Part shown: in pieces, positions 37,694-50,933 of the stretch
Position numbering within the stretch: the stretch's first letter is position 1
How the letters are laid out: each line of letters starts with the position of its first letter
Assembly: GCA_950097015.1 (NCBI GenBank)
Contig: CATNEN010000038.1
Span: 2,604,001-2,668,000 of the forward strand
Direction of reading: 5' to 3'
From: Macrostomum hystrix
Taxonomy: Eukaryota; Animalia; Platyhelminthes
DNA length: 64,000 nt
The notes under the pieces: model-generated
Database searches by the model: none
What the model was told of the DNA's origin: nothing
What the model saw: only the letters and a program-made list of their open reading frames with translations
Program-made: the position numbers and the translations under genes

Positions 37694-39037
37694 GGGTAAT
37701 GTATCATCAACCAAACAAGAGTGTGTATTTTTTTAACTTCAAACCTAAGCTACAGATTTTCTATTTAAGATATGATGATAAATCCAAAGCCAAGTTATAG
37801 AAAACAGTTATACATCTTTCTAAAAAGTAGGGTAATGTATCATCAACCGAACAGTGTATCTTCAAAACCGAACAAGAATTTTGACTCCTTCCTTGGTCTC
37901 GTGCAAGACAGAAACAAGCTATTGTGTTTCACAGAACAACTAATTTGAAAGTTGAAAAAATTATCTACAAGCTGAGGCATGATGTGCAATGAAGCATTAA
38001 GAGGAAAAAAAGATATTGATGTTTCAGTAGAAATTTTTATTGCAAAAGCATACTTTTTAACAACATTTTTTCAGTATGTACTTTAGACAAAGATTGTATG
38101 CGGTTGCTTGCCAATTAAATGACCATAAATGTAGTTATTTATAGAGCATGAAAAATGCTTTCAAATGACATAATTCATGATAGATCACTTCTTAAAAATA
38201 AGATTAAACCACTCACTCAAATAGTAAAACCAAACATCAAATTCTCTGTTTGGTTTGAAGATACATGAAAATCATTGTTTGGTTTTAGATAAAAAGCAGG
38301 AATAACATTTTTTCTATTTGTCAAAATAGCAAAAGCAGATACTTTTTAGAAAGATGTAACTGTTTTCTATAACTTGGCTTTTGATTTATCATCATATCTT
38401 AAATAGAAAATCTGTAGGCCTAGCTTAGGTTTGAAGTAAAAAAAATACACATTCTTGTTTGGTTGATGATACATTACCCTATCTGCTTTTGCTATTTTGT
38501 CAAATAGAAAAAAGTTATTCCTGCTTTTTATCTAAAACCGAACAATGATTTTCATGTATCTTCAAACCAAACAGAGAATTTGATGTTTGGTTTTACAATT
38601 TGAGTGAGTGGTTTAATCTTATTTTAAGGAGTGAACTATCATGAATTATGTCATTTGAAAACATTTTTCATGCTCTATAAATAACTACATTTATGGTAAT
38701 TTAATTGGCAAGCAACCAGATACAATCTTCGTCTAAAGTACATACTGAAAAAATGTTGTTTAAATAAAGGTATGCTTTTGCAATAAAAATTTCTACTGAA
38801 ACATCAATATCTTTCTTTCCTCTTAATGCTTCATTGCTCCTCATGCCTCAGCTTGTAGATAATTTCTTCAACTTTCAAATTAGTTGTTCTGTGAAACACA
38901 ATAGCTTGTTTCTGTCTTGAACAAGACCAAGGAAGGAGTCAAAATTCTTGTTCAGTTTTGAAGATACACTGTTTGGTTGATGATACATTCTTATTCTTAT
39001 TATTATCTTATTATCTTATTATCTTATTATCTTACCC
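37694..39037. mobile_element. ~650-bp MITE (TIR GGGTAATGTATCATCAACC, TA TSD), outer copy
   Basis: TA|GGGTAATG at 37694; right TIR split by a TTA/TTATC-type simple repeat before ACCC|TA at 39037. Confidence 0.8.
37830..38479. mobile_element. Same-family MITE inserted in opposite orientation into the outer copy
   Basis: TA|GGGTAATG...CATTACCC|TA; empty site AAAAAGTATCTGC reconstructable from the inner copy. Confidence 0.85.
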
Positions 39038-40954
39038 TATTCTTATTACTATTTTTTCAAACAAAAGTAAAAAGCTATGCTCTAACTTTGTAATAAATGC
39101 TATTTTAAATGAGTCAACTATTATGATTGTACGAGCGTATATGATATTTATAATGCCTAGCCTAACTTGTTGCGTAGGTACTAAACTTGCTGCACTGCAA
39201 GAATTTTACAATATTATAGCATATTTAAGAATTCTGTCTGATGAAGCAATAATTTGCATCAATCATATTTTTATAATTATAGCCTAGTATTAAAAGTTAT
39301 AAATTAAACTGTCTACTCACTGTCTATGGCTACAGTTGCATTTATGTTAGGCCTGTGTGAGTTAAATTAGGCTAAATGCCATCTTTAGGATTTCTGTGAA
39401 AATTGCTCATTAGAAACTAGCTAGGTCTTAAGCTAGGATAGAAAACCTTTCAAAGATGTGTAATACTATACAATTTGTTTGTACAATCCTTTAAAAAACA
39501 TTCTGCAACTTGTGTAATATATATATTCTATAGTTTTGTGTGCTCTTGTTGCTCTGGGCACAACAAAAATTATGCATAGAAAACACCCCTGGTATAAAAA
39601 TAGGCGGCAAAATAGTTTTATAACTTCTTAAATCCTAATAAAATAAGTTAAAAATTGGGCAATAATGCACTTTTGTTTGCAAATTTTTTTTTCATTAAAA
39701 TTTTTTAGTTCAAAACCAGAAAACAATGACAACAATAAAAACTGTCTTTCACATCAGGGCCTAGTTCCTATGTTGCACCATACTAGAAGGCCCAATGTTG
39801 TGTTGAATATTTTCTTATATGTAGTAAATGATATCAAACTTTGATGCATTTTAAATATGAAAAAAATAAATTAGTATTCAACCTTTTCTATTGGAAGTCA
39901 TCAAAATAACATTGTTATTACTGTAATAGAGCGAAAATAAGCATACTGTATCTTGTATTTGAAATTTGATATTTTCTATGAAACCAAAATTCAATTCCGA
40001 TAAATGTTTTACTGCACCCAAATGTTTGTTTTATTGCACCCAAATAATTTCGCACAAATGTTTGTTATACTTACGAGGTAGGGAAAATACTATAAATACA
40101 CGAGAAGTGAGGGAAAGAAAACCTAACCTTGTCAAGAGCGGAAAAACATCCAAAAGACTTGAAGGTTCAAATAAGTATCTTTCAGATTGAGTGTTCATAA
40201 AAGAGTTATTCATTTGATATAAAGAGAGATATAAAGAAGGAGCTGTAATCCTTAGATCATTGGTAACGCCTTAACTTGACCCAGCAGACTGAACATTGCA
40301 AACCAGAACCTGCTTAACAAGCAAATATATAATTCTATACAATTGTATGAAATAAGCACATTAGAACTCGGTTACTATATATATAAAACGCTACCAATTC
40401 AGACTTAAATACGCTACCATTAAGAGTTAAAAGCTTCATATTGCATTAAATTATAAGAAAGGTTAATAACCACTTTGATAACAGCAATTGGATATTAAAT
40501 ATTATAATAATCCTATAACAATTTTGATAATAACAGTGGAACAGTAAATATAATATAAAGAAGCCCTAGGACAACTTTGGTGACAGCAGTAAGATTAAAT
40601 TAGCCCTACAACATTACCAGAAAAAGAAAAAATAGTATCACATGAGATGGGTCCCATTTTCTTAGAAACCATTTCCCGCGCAAATTTATTATTTTGTTTT
40701 ATTCTACAAAACTTTTTTTTAAATGCACCAATTAAAAAATCTTTTAATGAAGTCGCGGAGGAGGAGTTTTAGTATATATATACATGAGCAAAAAGAGAAG
40801 AATCAACCCGCTCTCGTTTGAGAAAGGAGTTCAAAGTAAAGAAAGCTTGAATCTTGAAGTGTTCGTGTTGAAGTTATTTGAGAAAGAGACATTGCAAAAG
40901 AGAAGTAAATAGAGTGAAGAAAAGCTGTACTTCTAGATCCATTGGTAAAGCCCA

Positions 40955-41135
40955 AGGACGGACTGAAGATTGAAATAAAGACATACGGAAGATTGAATTA
41001 AAGACGGACTGAAAATTGAATTAAAAACGGACTGAAGATTGAATCACGGACGGACTGAAAATTGAATTAAAGACGGACTGAAGATTGAATCAAGGAGGGA
41101 CTGAAGATTGAATTGAAAAGTGAACTGACAATTAA
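40955..41135. repeat. ~23-bp degenerate tandem repeat (GACGGACTGAAGATTGAATTAAA)
   Basis: ~7 units. Confidence 0.7.
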
Positions 41136-41657
41136 ATAGAAAACAGATTGAAGAGTAGTTGAAGAGTGATAAAGATGGATAAAGACTGATAAAGATAGAT
41201 AAAGATTGATACAAAGTATTTATATGAATAAAACAGTAAAATAGAAGTCAGCCATATTATAACGCTACCAGATTAGATACATAAATGCTGCTAATTGAAA
41301 TAAGAAAGTGCATAAAGCAAATAATTAAAGACATTCATAAGATTGATACAAAGATAGTATTTTGTGTAAGCCTAGGACAAAGATAGTATTTTGTGTAAGC
41401 CTAGGACAACTTTAGTAACAGCAATAGGATTAAATTAGCCCTACAACAACTTTGGTTGCATTCAGTGGGATATTAAATATTATAAAATAAGCCCTAGCAC
41501 ACACACATCTATATCAGTGTTTGCTGTGTCACTGTGTTGAGTTGTTACACTTTGAGATGGCATATTTGGGTTGCTTTATTGCACTTATGTTGTACATCTA
41601 GGAGTTTCTAAAACTTATTCTTATAGGGGTCCTAACATAGAGATTTGAGTGAATATA

Positions 41658-43038
41658 TGAGGGGTGTTCCAAAGGTCCTTTCCCTTTTGAACATAGCTCT
41701 TGCAATACCGCTCAGATTTGAGTGCAGTTTTCGTAACTTGGCAACTAAACTACAAGTATTAGCACAAGTTTTTTTGTCGAAAAATATAGTATAAGATCAA
41801 GTTTTAAACAAACAGAAACTGATTTTAAACAATGTGCATGGCGATAGAGTTACACAGATTTAAAAAATTGTCTAGGGTTGATGAGCGTCAGAAACAGCAA
41901 CCAGCAACAAATCAAACAAACAATGGTTGCTGCAAGCATTTTTCCTGTCCAATTGAACTGTCACTCATCATTCATTACTGTCAGGAGCAGCAGAAGCTTT
42001 CTCCACAAAGCCACCAGCAAGATTCAAGCATTTTTGCCATCTTTAGTGCAAGGCATCAATGGCACCTGCAAACTCACTCCAACGGCGAACAGCGGCGAAC
42101 CTCCCGTTCCAGGTCATCCTGACAAGCAAATACATGGCCTCTGAGGAGTCTCTTGAGTGATGGAAAAATGGCAAAGTCACAGGGTGCAAGATCGGGGCTG
42201 TATGGCGGATGCTCCAAGACTTGAAATCCCAGCTTGGCAATGGCAGCCTGGGTCTGGGCAGCAGTGTGCGGACGAGCATTATCGTGAAGGACAAGAAAAG
42301 GCTTGGGTCCAGTCCTGCGCTTATTCCGAATGTCCTCCTTTAGCTTAGTAAGGATCTGGACGTAGCGCCCCGAGTTAATGGCCGAGCAAGCTGGCGGACT
42401 GTCATGCGAGCATCTTCATCCAGGAGTGCCTTGATGCGAGGGGCCAGTTCATTGTTGAATGAATTCATTGGGCGACCAAAGCGAGGTTGATTACCAAGTT
42501 CCACCTGGCCAGCCTCAAAGCGGTCGATCCAGTTGCGCAGTGCGGATGCTGATAGCGTGGTTCTGATGAGCAGCCGCTAGTGCTTCATGAATCTTGGTGG
42601 GAGTCAGGTGATTCTTCCATAGCGTGAAAATTGCTGCTCGCTGGGCCTCAGCGCTATGAGCATCGATTAGAGATTTTGATGACGATGGGGTAGTTAAACT
42701 GAGCTTTCTAGGATCACAGTCCTAACTTTTAGGTGAAATTAATCTCAGATGGTTTGACGATCTTTTGGTAAAAAATCACTAGCTTTTGACTTCTCTGTTG
42801 CAGTGGGTCAGCAAAAAATTAATAGCAACACCTGTGTGTAAGTCTATCCCAAGGTGGTCTAGGGCAAAAATGTACTCTAGACAAAAATCAATAATAGATA
42901 GGAAAAATGCTCAAATTACAAAACGTTTGAGCTAAAGTGCATCTTTTTATAGTCGAAAACCGCACTCAAATCGGAGCAGTATTGCTGCGAGAGCTATGTT
43001 CGAAAGGGAAAGGGAAAGGACTTTTGGAACAGTCCTCG
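41658..43038 (-). mobile_element. Mariner-family transposon, internally deleted (pseudo-transposase ~41995-42680)
   Basis: TA-flanked TIRs (TGAGGGGTGTTCCAAAGGTCC / GGACTTTTGGAACAGTCCTCG); minus-strand WIDRFEAG, PRFGRP, LHDNARPHTA, HPPYSPDLAPCDF, RWQKCL; first catalytic Asp region missing; stops and frameshifts. Confidence 0.88.
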
Positions 43039-43326
43039 TACCTACTCGTAGCTATCATTTATATGCAACTTATGGAATTTTTCTTACATTTGTTGACAAG
43101 TTGTGAAAATGTACAGATTAGTCAATAGTGACATGTCTGTCATGTGAAACAAAGGGAAACTCTTATTTAGAATAAATGGAATTCAAGTGCAGAGGGACAA
43201 AGTGACTAAGTAATTACCCTTTAGATAAACAGCAAGACTAACATTAAACTATGTGACTTTTAACATTTTTTATCATTAAAAATAAAATCAAACTTTCAAT
43301 GCAGCTGGTTTTTGCAAGCTATAGAT

Positions 43327-46300
43327 ATGGCCAAGTATCCAAGCAGCCAACCACACAGTGTGTTAGTGCTGTCTGCAATCATTATTGTCTGTTTGGCCTA
43401 CTTGTCCCCATGGCTGCCAGCAGTGACTGCCAAGATTTCAGCCGCACCGCCAGACACTGTCCAGCTGCCGCTGCATCGATTCGGCAGTAAGACAGCCTAC
43501 AGAAATGTGGAGAAGCTTGCACCAGAGCTTCCACCTCCTGTTGGCGTTGCTGACGGATGCGTGGCTCGCCAGCTGCTCATGCTGCTCAGGCATGGCTCGC
43601 GAGGGCCATCAGTCAAGCAGGTGAGTGGGTCAACTGAGTCACTTTGCTTTATCTAAATTAACTTCCTCACCTCCACCGTTCTCTCACCTATGTTCTCCCC
43701 TCAACTTTGCTGTTCTCTTATCTGTAGCTATTATCTAAATTGGTAAACTTGAGGTATTTACATTTATTATCCTCTCGCCTCTATTTTCCCCTAATCTCTA
43801 TTCTCCCCTCGTCTCTATTCTCCCCTCACCTCTATTCCCCCCTTATCTCTATTCTCCTCTCGCCTCTATTCTTCCCTCATCTCTATTATCCCCTTATCTC
43901 TATTATCCCCTTATCTCTATTATCCCCTTATCTCTATTATCCCCTTATCTCTATTATCCCCTTATCTGTATTCTCCCCTCACCTCTATTCTCCCCTCACC
44001 TCTATTATCCCTCATCTCTATTCTCCCCTCACCGATCGCAACCCAATAACTATATTCAGGTTCGCCGCGCCGAGGTAATTCTGCACCGCCTGACCAGCGC
44101 ATTCCGGCCGGATCCGATGTTCGCCAAAGCCGCCGCCGCCTGGTCCAGCCCATTCGCCCTGACCGGAGGCGGCAAAAGCCTTAGCAATGTCGGCCACCAG
44201 GAGCACGAATTGATTGGCAGTCGGTTAGCGCTGCGCTATCCTAATCTGTTTGCTAGCCACGAATCTATCGCCGTGCTCAGCTCCAGCTCCGAGCGAGCCT
44301 TCGAAAGTGCCAAAAGTTTTCTGCACGGCGCTGGTCTAACAGACGCTGACATCGCTGTGCAACTCGCCAACGGCCACATCAGATTTTATGACGAGTGTCA
44401 TCGATTTAAGGTTCGTTTTTCGATAAGCTATTGTTTAATAATCGATAAGAACTTTTTTTATAACTAATTAAGACGTTTTTATCGTCCTAAAAATGTATTC
44501 GATAAATATCGACCGATGATAAAAATATATCGATAGGTGACACTAGACCCGCAGCCAACGAGAAAGTAATTCTGCCTACTTTGCTGATTCCTGAGTACAC
44601 ACGCACACATATCCGTATGCATGTATACACCGGTTGTGTAACATCTGTCTTGACCTTCAGGCAGTCGCAGTGTACATTCATTGCACCTTGGCGGTTGGCC
44701 TTAATGGGCGTAAATTGCACGACAAGCCTTCTCTGGCTTTGCCCTAAAATAATGTAGCCTCGCCGCAACAAACAGCTAGTATTGCTTTTTTCGATACATA
44801 TAGCTTTTCTCGTGATTCAAGGCCACCATTGACAACGGTCCTGACGGCAATCGGGAGTATCGACAGTTCTTGGCCGGCCCGGAGCTCCGAGCTGCCACCA
44901 AGGCAGTCCAGGAGCGCCTGGGCCTGACGGACATCGATTTGAGCGCTGCAGATCTGGCCATGGCATTTAGCCTGTGCGGCATGGAGCTGGCTAATAATCT
45001 CACGGCTCCAGGCGACAGTCCCTGGTGCCGCCTTATCCAGGAGCCGGGGGCCCACGAAGCCATCGAGTATCTGCTGGGTGAGGCTGGTCTTTTATTACAA
45101 CCTATGGGTTCTTTTTGCAATATTGGGATCTGTTTTGGACTAGTGGGATCTTTTTGGGACCATTGGGATTTTGGATTTTGTTGGGACTATTGGGATCTTG
45201 TTAGGACTATTGGGATCTTGTTAGGACTATTGGGATCTTTTTAGGACTATTGGGATCTTTTTAGGACTTTTTGGGATCTTGTTAGGACTATTGGGATCTT
45301 GTTAAGACTATTGGGATCTTTTTAGGACTATTGGGATCTTGTTAGGACTATTGGGATCTTGTTAAGACTATTGGGATCTTTTTAGGACTATTGGGATCTT
45401 GTTAGGACTATTGGGATCTTGTTATGACTAATAGGATCTTCTCGGGACTAGTGGGATCTTGTTACGACAATTGGGATCTGTTTTGGGACTTTTGGAAGAC
45501 TTTCGAGTTCCTTGTACGAGTATGAGTATCGTAAATATCATTGAAGGACCTTTTTTGTAGCACAAATCCATTTGTGGATAGTAGCACAGACTAACGGCTT
45601 ACACTACAGTGTAAGCACTGTAGTCTTCAAGTGTCAAGTATGAAACACTTGCAATATTATTTCAGACCTGAAGCACTACTGGCGCAAGTCGCACGGCTAT
45701 GAGCTGAGCAACCTGATTGCTTGTCCCATGGTGTCAGATCTGGCCTTGAATTTGATTCGGGCCGCCAACCGAGAGAAGGCCGGAGGTGACGCCTCAGCTG
45801 ATGCTCCGGTGGCCAACTCGACGGTGCTCTACTTTGGCCACGCCGAGACCCTGTTCCCAGTGCTCGCTAGGTGCGAATAGGGGTGGTGTAGTGACCGACT
45901 GGAAGCATTGTGGTTTGGTAATGACCAACTGGAAGCATTTTGGTTGGGTAATGACCAACTGGAAGCATTTTAGCTGGGTAATGACCAACTGGAAGCATTT
46001 GGGTAATGACCATCTGGAAGCATTTTGGTTGGGTAATGACCATCTGGAAGCATTTTAGTTAGGTAATGACCAACTGGAAGCATTGTGGTTTGGTAATGAC
46101 CAACTGGAAGCATTGTGGTTGGGTAATGACCAACTGGAAGCATTTTGGTTGGGTAATGACCAACTGGAAGCATTCTGGTTTGGTAATGACCAACTGGAAG
46201 CATTTTGGTTGGGTAATGACCAACTGGAAGCAATGTGGTTGGGTAATGACCATCTGGAAGCATTTTAGTTAGGTAATGACCAACTGGAAGCATTTTGGTT

Positions 46301-47652
46301 GGGTAATGACCAACTGGAAGCATTTTGGTTAGGTAATGACCAACTGGAAGCATTGTGGTTGGGTAATGACCAACTAGAAGCATTGTGGTTGGGTAATGAC
46401 CAACTGGAAGCATTGTGGTTTGGTAATGACCAACTGGAAGCATTGTGGTTGGGTAATGACCAACTGGAAGCATTGTGGTTGGGTAATGACCAACTGGAAG
46501 CATTGTGTTTGGGTAATGACCAACTGGAAGCATTTTAGTTGGGTAATGACCAACTGGAAGCATTTGGGTAATGAACATCTGGAAGCATTTTGGTTGGGTA
46601 ATGACCATCTGGAAGCATTTTGGTTAGGTAATGACCAACTGGAAGCATTGTGGTTTGGTAATGACCAACTGGAAGCATTTTGGTTAGGTAATGACCAACT
46701 GGAAGCATTGTGGTTGGGTAATGACCAACTAGAAGCATTGTGGTTTGGTAATGACCAACTGGAAGCATTTTGGTTGGGTAATGACCAACTGGAAGCATTG
46801 TGGTTTGGTAATGACCAACTGGAAGCATTGTGGTTTGGTAATGACCAACTGGAAGCATTGTGGTTGGGTAATGACCAACTGGAAGCATTTTGGTTGGGTA
46901 ATGACCAACTGGAAGCATTCTGGTTTGGTAATGACCAACTGGAAGCATTTTGGTTGGGTAATGACCAACTGGAAGCAATGTGGTTGGGTAATGACCATCT
47001 GGAAGCATTTTAGTTAGGTAATGACCAACTGGAAGCATTTTGGTTGGGTAATGACCAACTGGAAGCATTGTGTTTGGTTAATGACCAACTAGAAGCATTG
47101 TGTTAGTTTAATGACCAACTAGAAGCATTGTGTTTGGTTAATGACCAACTAGAAGCATTGTGTTAGTTTACTGACCAACTAGAAGCATTGTGGTTGGGTC
47201 ATGACCAACTGGAAGCAAATTTGTTGGGTCATGATCGAAATTTCGCGACTTTTCTAGGTTGAGTGTGGAAATAGTCATTGCACAGTTATATCAGTAGTTA
47301 TTCCACCAGTTACCTTCCGCCTACGCATTTGTGCAGACTCGGCCTATTCCGCGACCCGGCCCACCTGACCCACCAGAGCTACGCGGCGCATCGGCACTCG
47401 CGCCAATTTCGCGCCTCTCGCCTGGTCCCGTTTGGCGCCAATTTCGCCCTGACTCTTCTGGCCTGCCAGGGCGGCCGCCTGTTCGTTCAACCCGCGCTGA
47501 ACGAGTCGCCGCTATTCTGGACATTGTGCAACGATTACAAATGTCCGCTTGAAACTGTACTCGAACTGCTGGATAAGCAATGTCCACTAAGCTTTAATTT
47601 TGAAGCTGTATGTGCTCATAACCCAGCCAGTAGCGTCCACGATGAACTATAG
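43327..47652 (+). CDS. MINPP1: Multiple inositol polyphosphate phosphatase 1-like histidine acid phosphatase
   Basis: Exons 43327-43620, 44060-44410, 44822-45077, 45666-45870, 47337-47652; hydrophobic N-terminus, FGSKTAY, RHGSRGP, DLKHYW, FGHAET, LGLFRD, VPFGAN, C-terminal HDEL. Confidence 0.9.
43770..44032. repeat. 17-bp pyrimidine-rich minisatellite (CTCTATTATCCCCTTAT)n
   Basis: Period 17 (43881, 43898, 43915). Confidence 0.85.
44595..44765 (-). mobile_element. Degenerate SINE family A fragment
   Basis: GGGCGTAAATTGCACGACAAGCCTTCTCT, CAGTGTACA and ACAC tail shared with other copies. Confidence 0.6.
45120..45495. repeat. 20-bp minisatellite (TTGGGATCTTGTTAGGACTA)n
   Basis: Tandem units in MINPP1 intron 3. 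Confidence 0.9.
45890..47235. repeat. 30-bp minisatellite (GGTAATGACCAACTGGAAGCATTGTGGTTG)n
   Basis: ~44 units filling MINPP1 intron 4. Confidence 0.95.
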
Positions 47653-48202
47653 CTGAGCCTTTGCCAGCATGGGGATGCTGTGCTGTGAGTTCTGCTGTGA
47701 GTCACGGAGTCACTCTAGTGCCTTCTCAAACATTAAGAGTCATTCTAGTGCTTCGGAGACATTGTGAGTCATTCCATAAGGATTTGAGACATGAAGTCAC
47801 TGCAGTGGGTTTTTAAGTTTGTCATCAAACGTTTTTTAATGCGTTTTGTTGTATTATTCTATTTTATTTATGTTAGGTGTCCTTGAGTGTATGTACGTTT
47901 TATTTACTCTTCTTACTACTAGACTAGTAGTATTGTGGGATGCATGTTCATAATTAGGCATTAACGGTCGTTTTCTGTTTTGTTTTTGTTTACCTAGTTG
48001 TACATTAAATTTAATGTACTTGTTTTAATTGTTTTACCTTACTGATATTTACGAATATACCTATACTATTAGCGACTTCCTACTGATTGTTGCATGTTTA
48101 ATTTATATACTCCTTAGAGTTCTGTCTTACCTGTTTTATGTGCATGCCTTTGCTCTTATGGTTGCAATTTTAGTGCGCTGTCCTGCACAATAACTATTCT
48201 GC

Positions 48203-48700
48203 TATCTACCCCTCAGCTACTCTACCATCTACCCCTCAGCTACTCTACCATCTACCCCTCAGCTACTCTACCATCTACCCCTCAGCTACTCTACCATCTA
48301 CCCCTCAGCTACTCTACCATCTACCCCTCAGCTACTCTACCATCTACCCCTCAGCTACTCTACCATCTACCCCTCAGCTACCCTACCATCTACCCCTCAG
48401 CTACTCTACCATCTACCCCTGAGCTACTCTACCATCTACCCTTCAGCTACTCTACCATCTACCCCTCAGCTACCCTACCATCTACCCCTCAGCTACTCTA
48501 CCATCTACCCCTGAGCTACTCTACCATCTACCCTTCAGCTACTCTACCATCTACCCTTCAGCTACTCTACCATCTACCCCTCAGCTACTCTACCATCTAC
48601 CCCTCAGCTACTCTACCATCTACCCCTCAGCTACTCTACCATCTACCCCTCAGCTACTCTACCATCTACCCCTCAGCTACTCTACTATCTACCCTTCAGC
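48203..48700. repeat. 23-bp minisatellite (CTACCCCTCAGCTACTCTACCAT)n
   Basis: ~21 units. Confidence 0.95.
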
Positions 48701-49157
48701 TGGTGCAATAAAAATGGTGCAATAATTATCTTAGTCGTGAATATTTATTTAGATTAGATCAAAAGTAAAGATATTTCATAATGTACATTTTCGCTCTGTT
48801 TTTTTAGATTTTTAAGTTTGTCGCGCTTGTTTTTGAGCAGTTCTATAATTCGAAAATATTCATAAAGCAACTCTGCAATAAACATAAAAACTGAAACCCC
48901 GTTATGACTTTTTCTTAGATTTTTTCAGTTCTCGGAAAAAAAAGCTAATTGAGTGAAATTCTACGGAAATTGTAGATTCATCTGAAAAATTCCAGAATTT
49001 CTAAGACAGTGTGGTGTTTCTAGGAAAAGCCGGGAATTTTTTCTTTGAAAGTGCGTGATGCTTGGAATTTCTAGGAAAAGCGAGCCTTACATTTCTCAAC
49101 ACGAGTGACATTTTCAACTGTCGGTGAAGGTGTAAAAAACATTTAAAAAATTTGCAG

Positions 49158-50933
49158 TCATCGGCATTGCTATCTGCAACTGTCGGCAGCCAAAAAGAGG
49201 CTGAAGACAATGATGAGCGCGGGCCTGCTCGGACTGCAACTAGCAGGGCCTGTACACAGGACCGCAAACGCAGCTCTGAGAATAGAGTATTGCAGGCTAA
49301 GGTGAGTGATGTGCTGTTAATGAGGCTTATTTTCACTATTTAGTGTGCTGGTAATGGCCTGCTCTTTCCTTGCAGCTTCGCCGTCTCGCTCGCCGCAGCC
49401 TAGACGGCGAGGCGTTGACGCCTGACGAAGAGGCCGAACTGCACCGTCACGCCGAAGCCTGTGAGTTGTTCAACGCCCGCCTCCTACAAAGCCGCGCCTC
49501 TCGCGCTGCACGCCAGTCACGCGCCAAATTAGCGCCAGATTCGGCGCCAGATGTTGAAGCCAAAGTGGATCGTTTGGCGCACCTGCTGGCTGACTGCGGA
49601 CAGCGTGGCTGCGTTGTGTACACAGGAGCTGGAGTCAGCACCGCGGCCGACATTCCGGACTATCGCGGACCCGACGGCATGTGGACGCGGCTGCCGCGAG
49701 GCTCCCTGCCGCGGTTTTACCTGCCCGGCGTGTCTGATGCCCGCCCGACCTTTGCTCATCGCTTCATCGCTGCTCTGACTGCTCACAACTCATCGCCTGG
49801 GAGCATTCCTACGGAAGCTTGCGATTTGTCACCAGCGCCTCACCCGGCCTCCTCATCATCGGCCGGACTCCCAGCTTCCTCATCATCGGCCGGACTTCCA
49901 GTTTCCTCATCATCGGCCGGACTTCCAGTTTCCTCATCATCGGCCGGATTTCCAGCTTCCTCATCATCGGCCGGACTCCCAGCTTCCTCATCATCGGCCG
50001 GACTTCCAGCTTCCTCATCATCGGCTGGACTCCCAGCTTCCTTATCATCAGCCGCATCTATCGAGCTGCCATTAGTCAGTCACGTGGTGTCGCAGAATTG
50101 CGACGGCCTGCATCTCCGTTCCGGCATTCCGGCGAGTCGCCTGTCCGAGCTGCACGGCAATGTTTTCTTGGAGGTGTGCGACATCTGCCGTCGTCTTGTC
50201 CGTCGCCGATTCGATGTCACTGAGCGGAGCAGACTGAGACGACACGCCACTGGTCGGCTGTGCGGTGGCGACTGCCCTGGCCGCTTGCTGGATACCATCG
50301 TGCACTTCGGCGAGTTCGGCCGCCAGTGCACCGCCGACCGGGTGTACGAGTGGCGTGCCGCTGAGTCTGCAGCGTCCGGTGCCAGACTGATCCTCTGCAT
50401 GGGCACCAGTCTGCAGGTGATTTCCTTGTTGCCATTTCCCTTCTCTAATACGTCATTTCCCTATTTCAATGTGCCATTTCCTTGCTCCAATATACAATTT
50501 CCCCTACTCCAGTATGTCATTTTCATACTGCAATATTCCATTTCAAACGCTGATGTCACAGTTTCCTAAATTGAATGTCCCGCTTGTTAAATAAGAAATT
50601 TAATTAAATTTCTATACTCCAACTTGCATAAAAAATGAGATCTCAGTAAGCTTACTTAGCCAAACAAATCCGTCTCAGGTATTGCGTCACTACAGCTCGC
50701 TATGGCCCCCAAAAGTGCCACTGGTGATTGTCAACCTACAGCCGACGCCTTTCGATCGTCGCGCCCTGATGACCATCCGTGCCGACTGCGACTCCGTCTG
50801 TCGCCAGCTCGCCCAACGGCTGGGAGTTCGCGTGCCTGACTACTCGACTGACGAGGATCCCCTGCTGGCTGCCTGCGAGCCGCTGGCGGAGGAAGACCGG
50901 GCGATCGTGTCTCGGCCTGACATTCGCGCTTGA
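49158..50933 (+). CDS. SIRT7: Class IV sirtuin, SIRT7-like NAD-dependent deacylase (start codon not found in exon 1)
   Basis: Exons 49158-49301, 49376-50416, 50679-50933; VVYTGAGVSTAADIPDYRGPDGMWT, HVVSQNCDGLHLRSG, LSELHGN, CxxC...CxxxC, DTIVHFGE, GTSLQVL, IVNLQPTP; basic helical N-terminus as in SIRT7. Confidence 0.88.
49845..50053 (+). repeat. In-frame 30-bp coding minisatellite (PASSSSAGLP-type x7) in the sirtuin domain
   Basis: CCAGCTTCCTCATCATCGGCCGGACT repeats within the open exon. Confidence 0.85.

Noticed and set aside
40250-41500. Degenerate direct duplication (shared TAGATC..GGTAA, AACGCTACC, TTAAATTAGCCCTACAACA blocks)
   Set aside because: Real but too decayed to delimit or classify.
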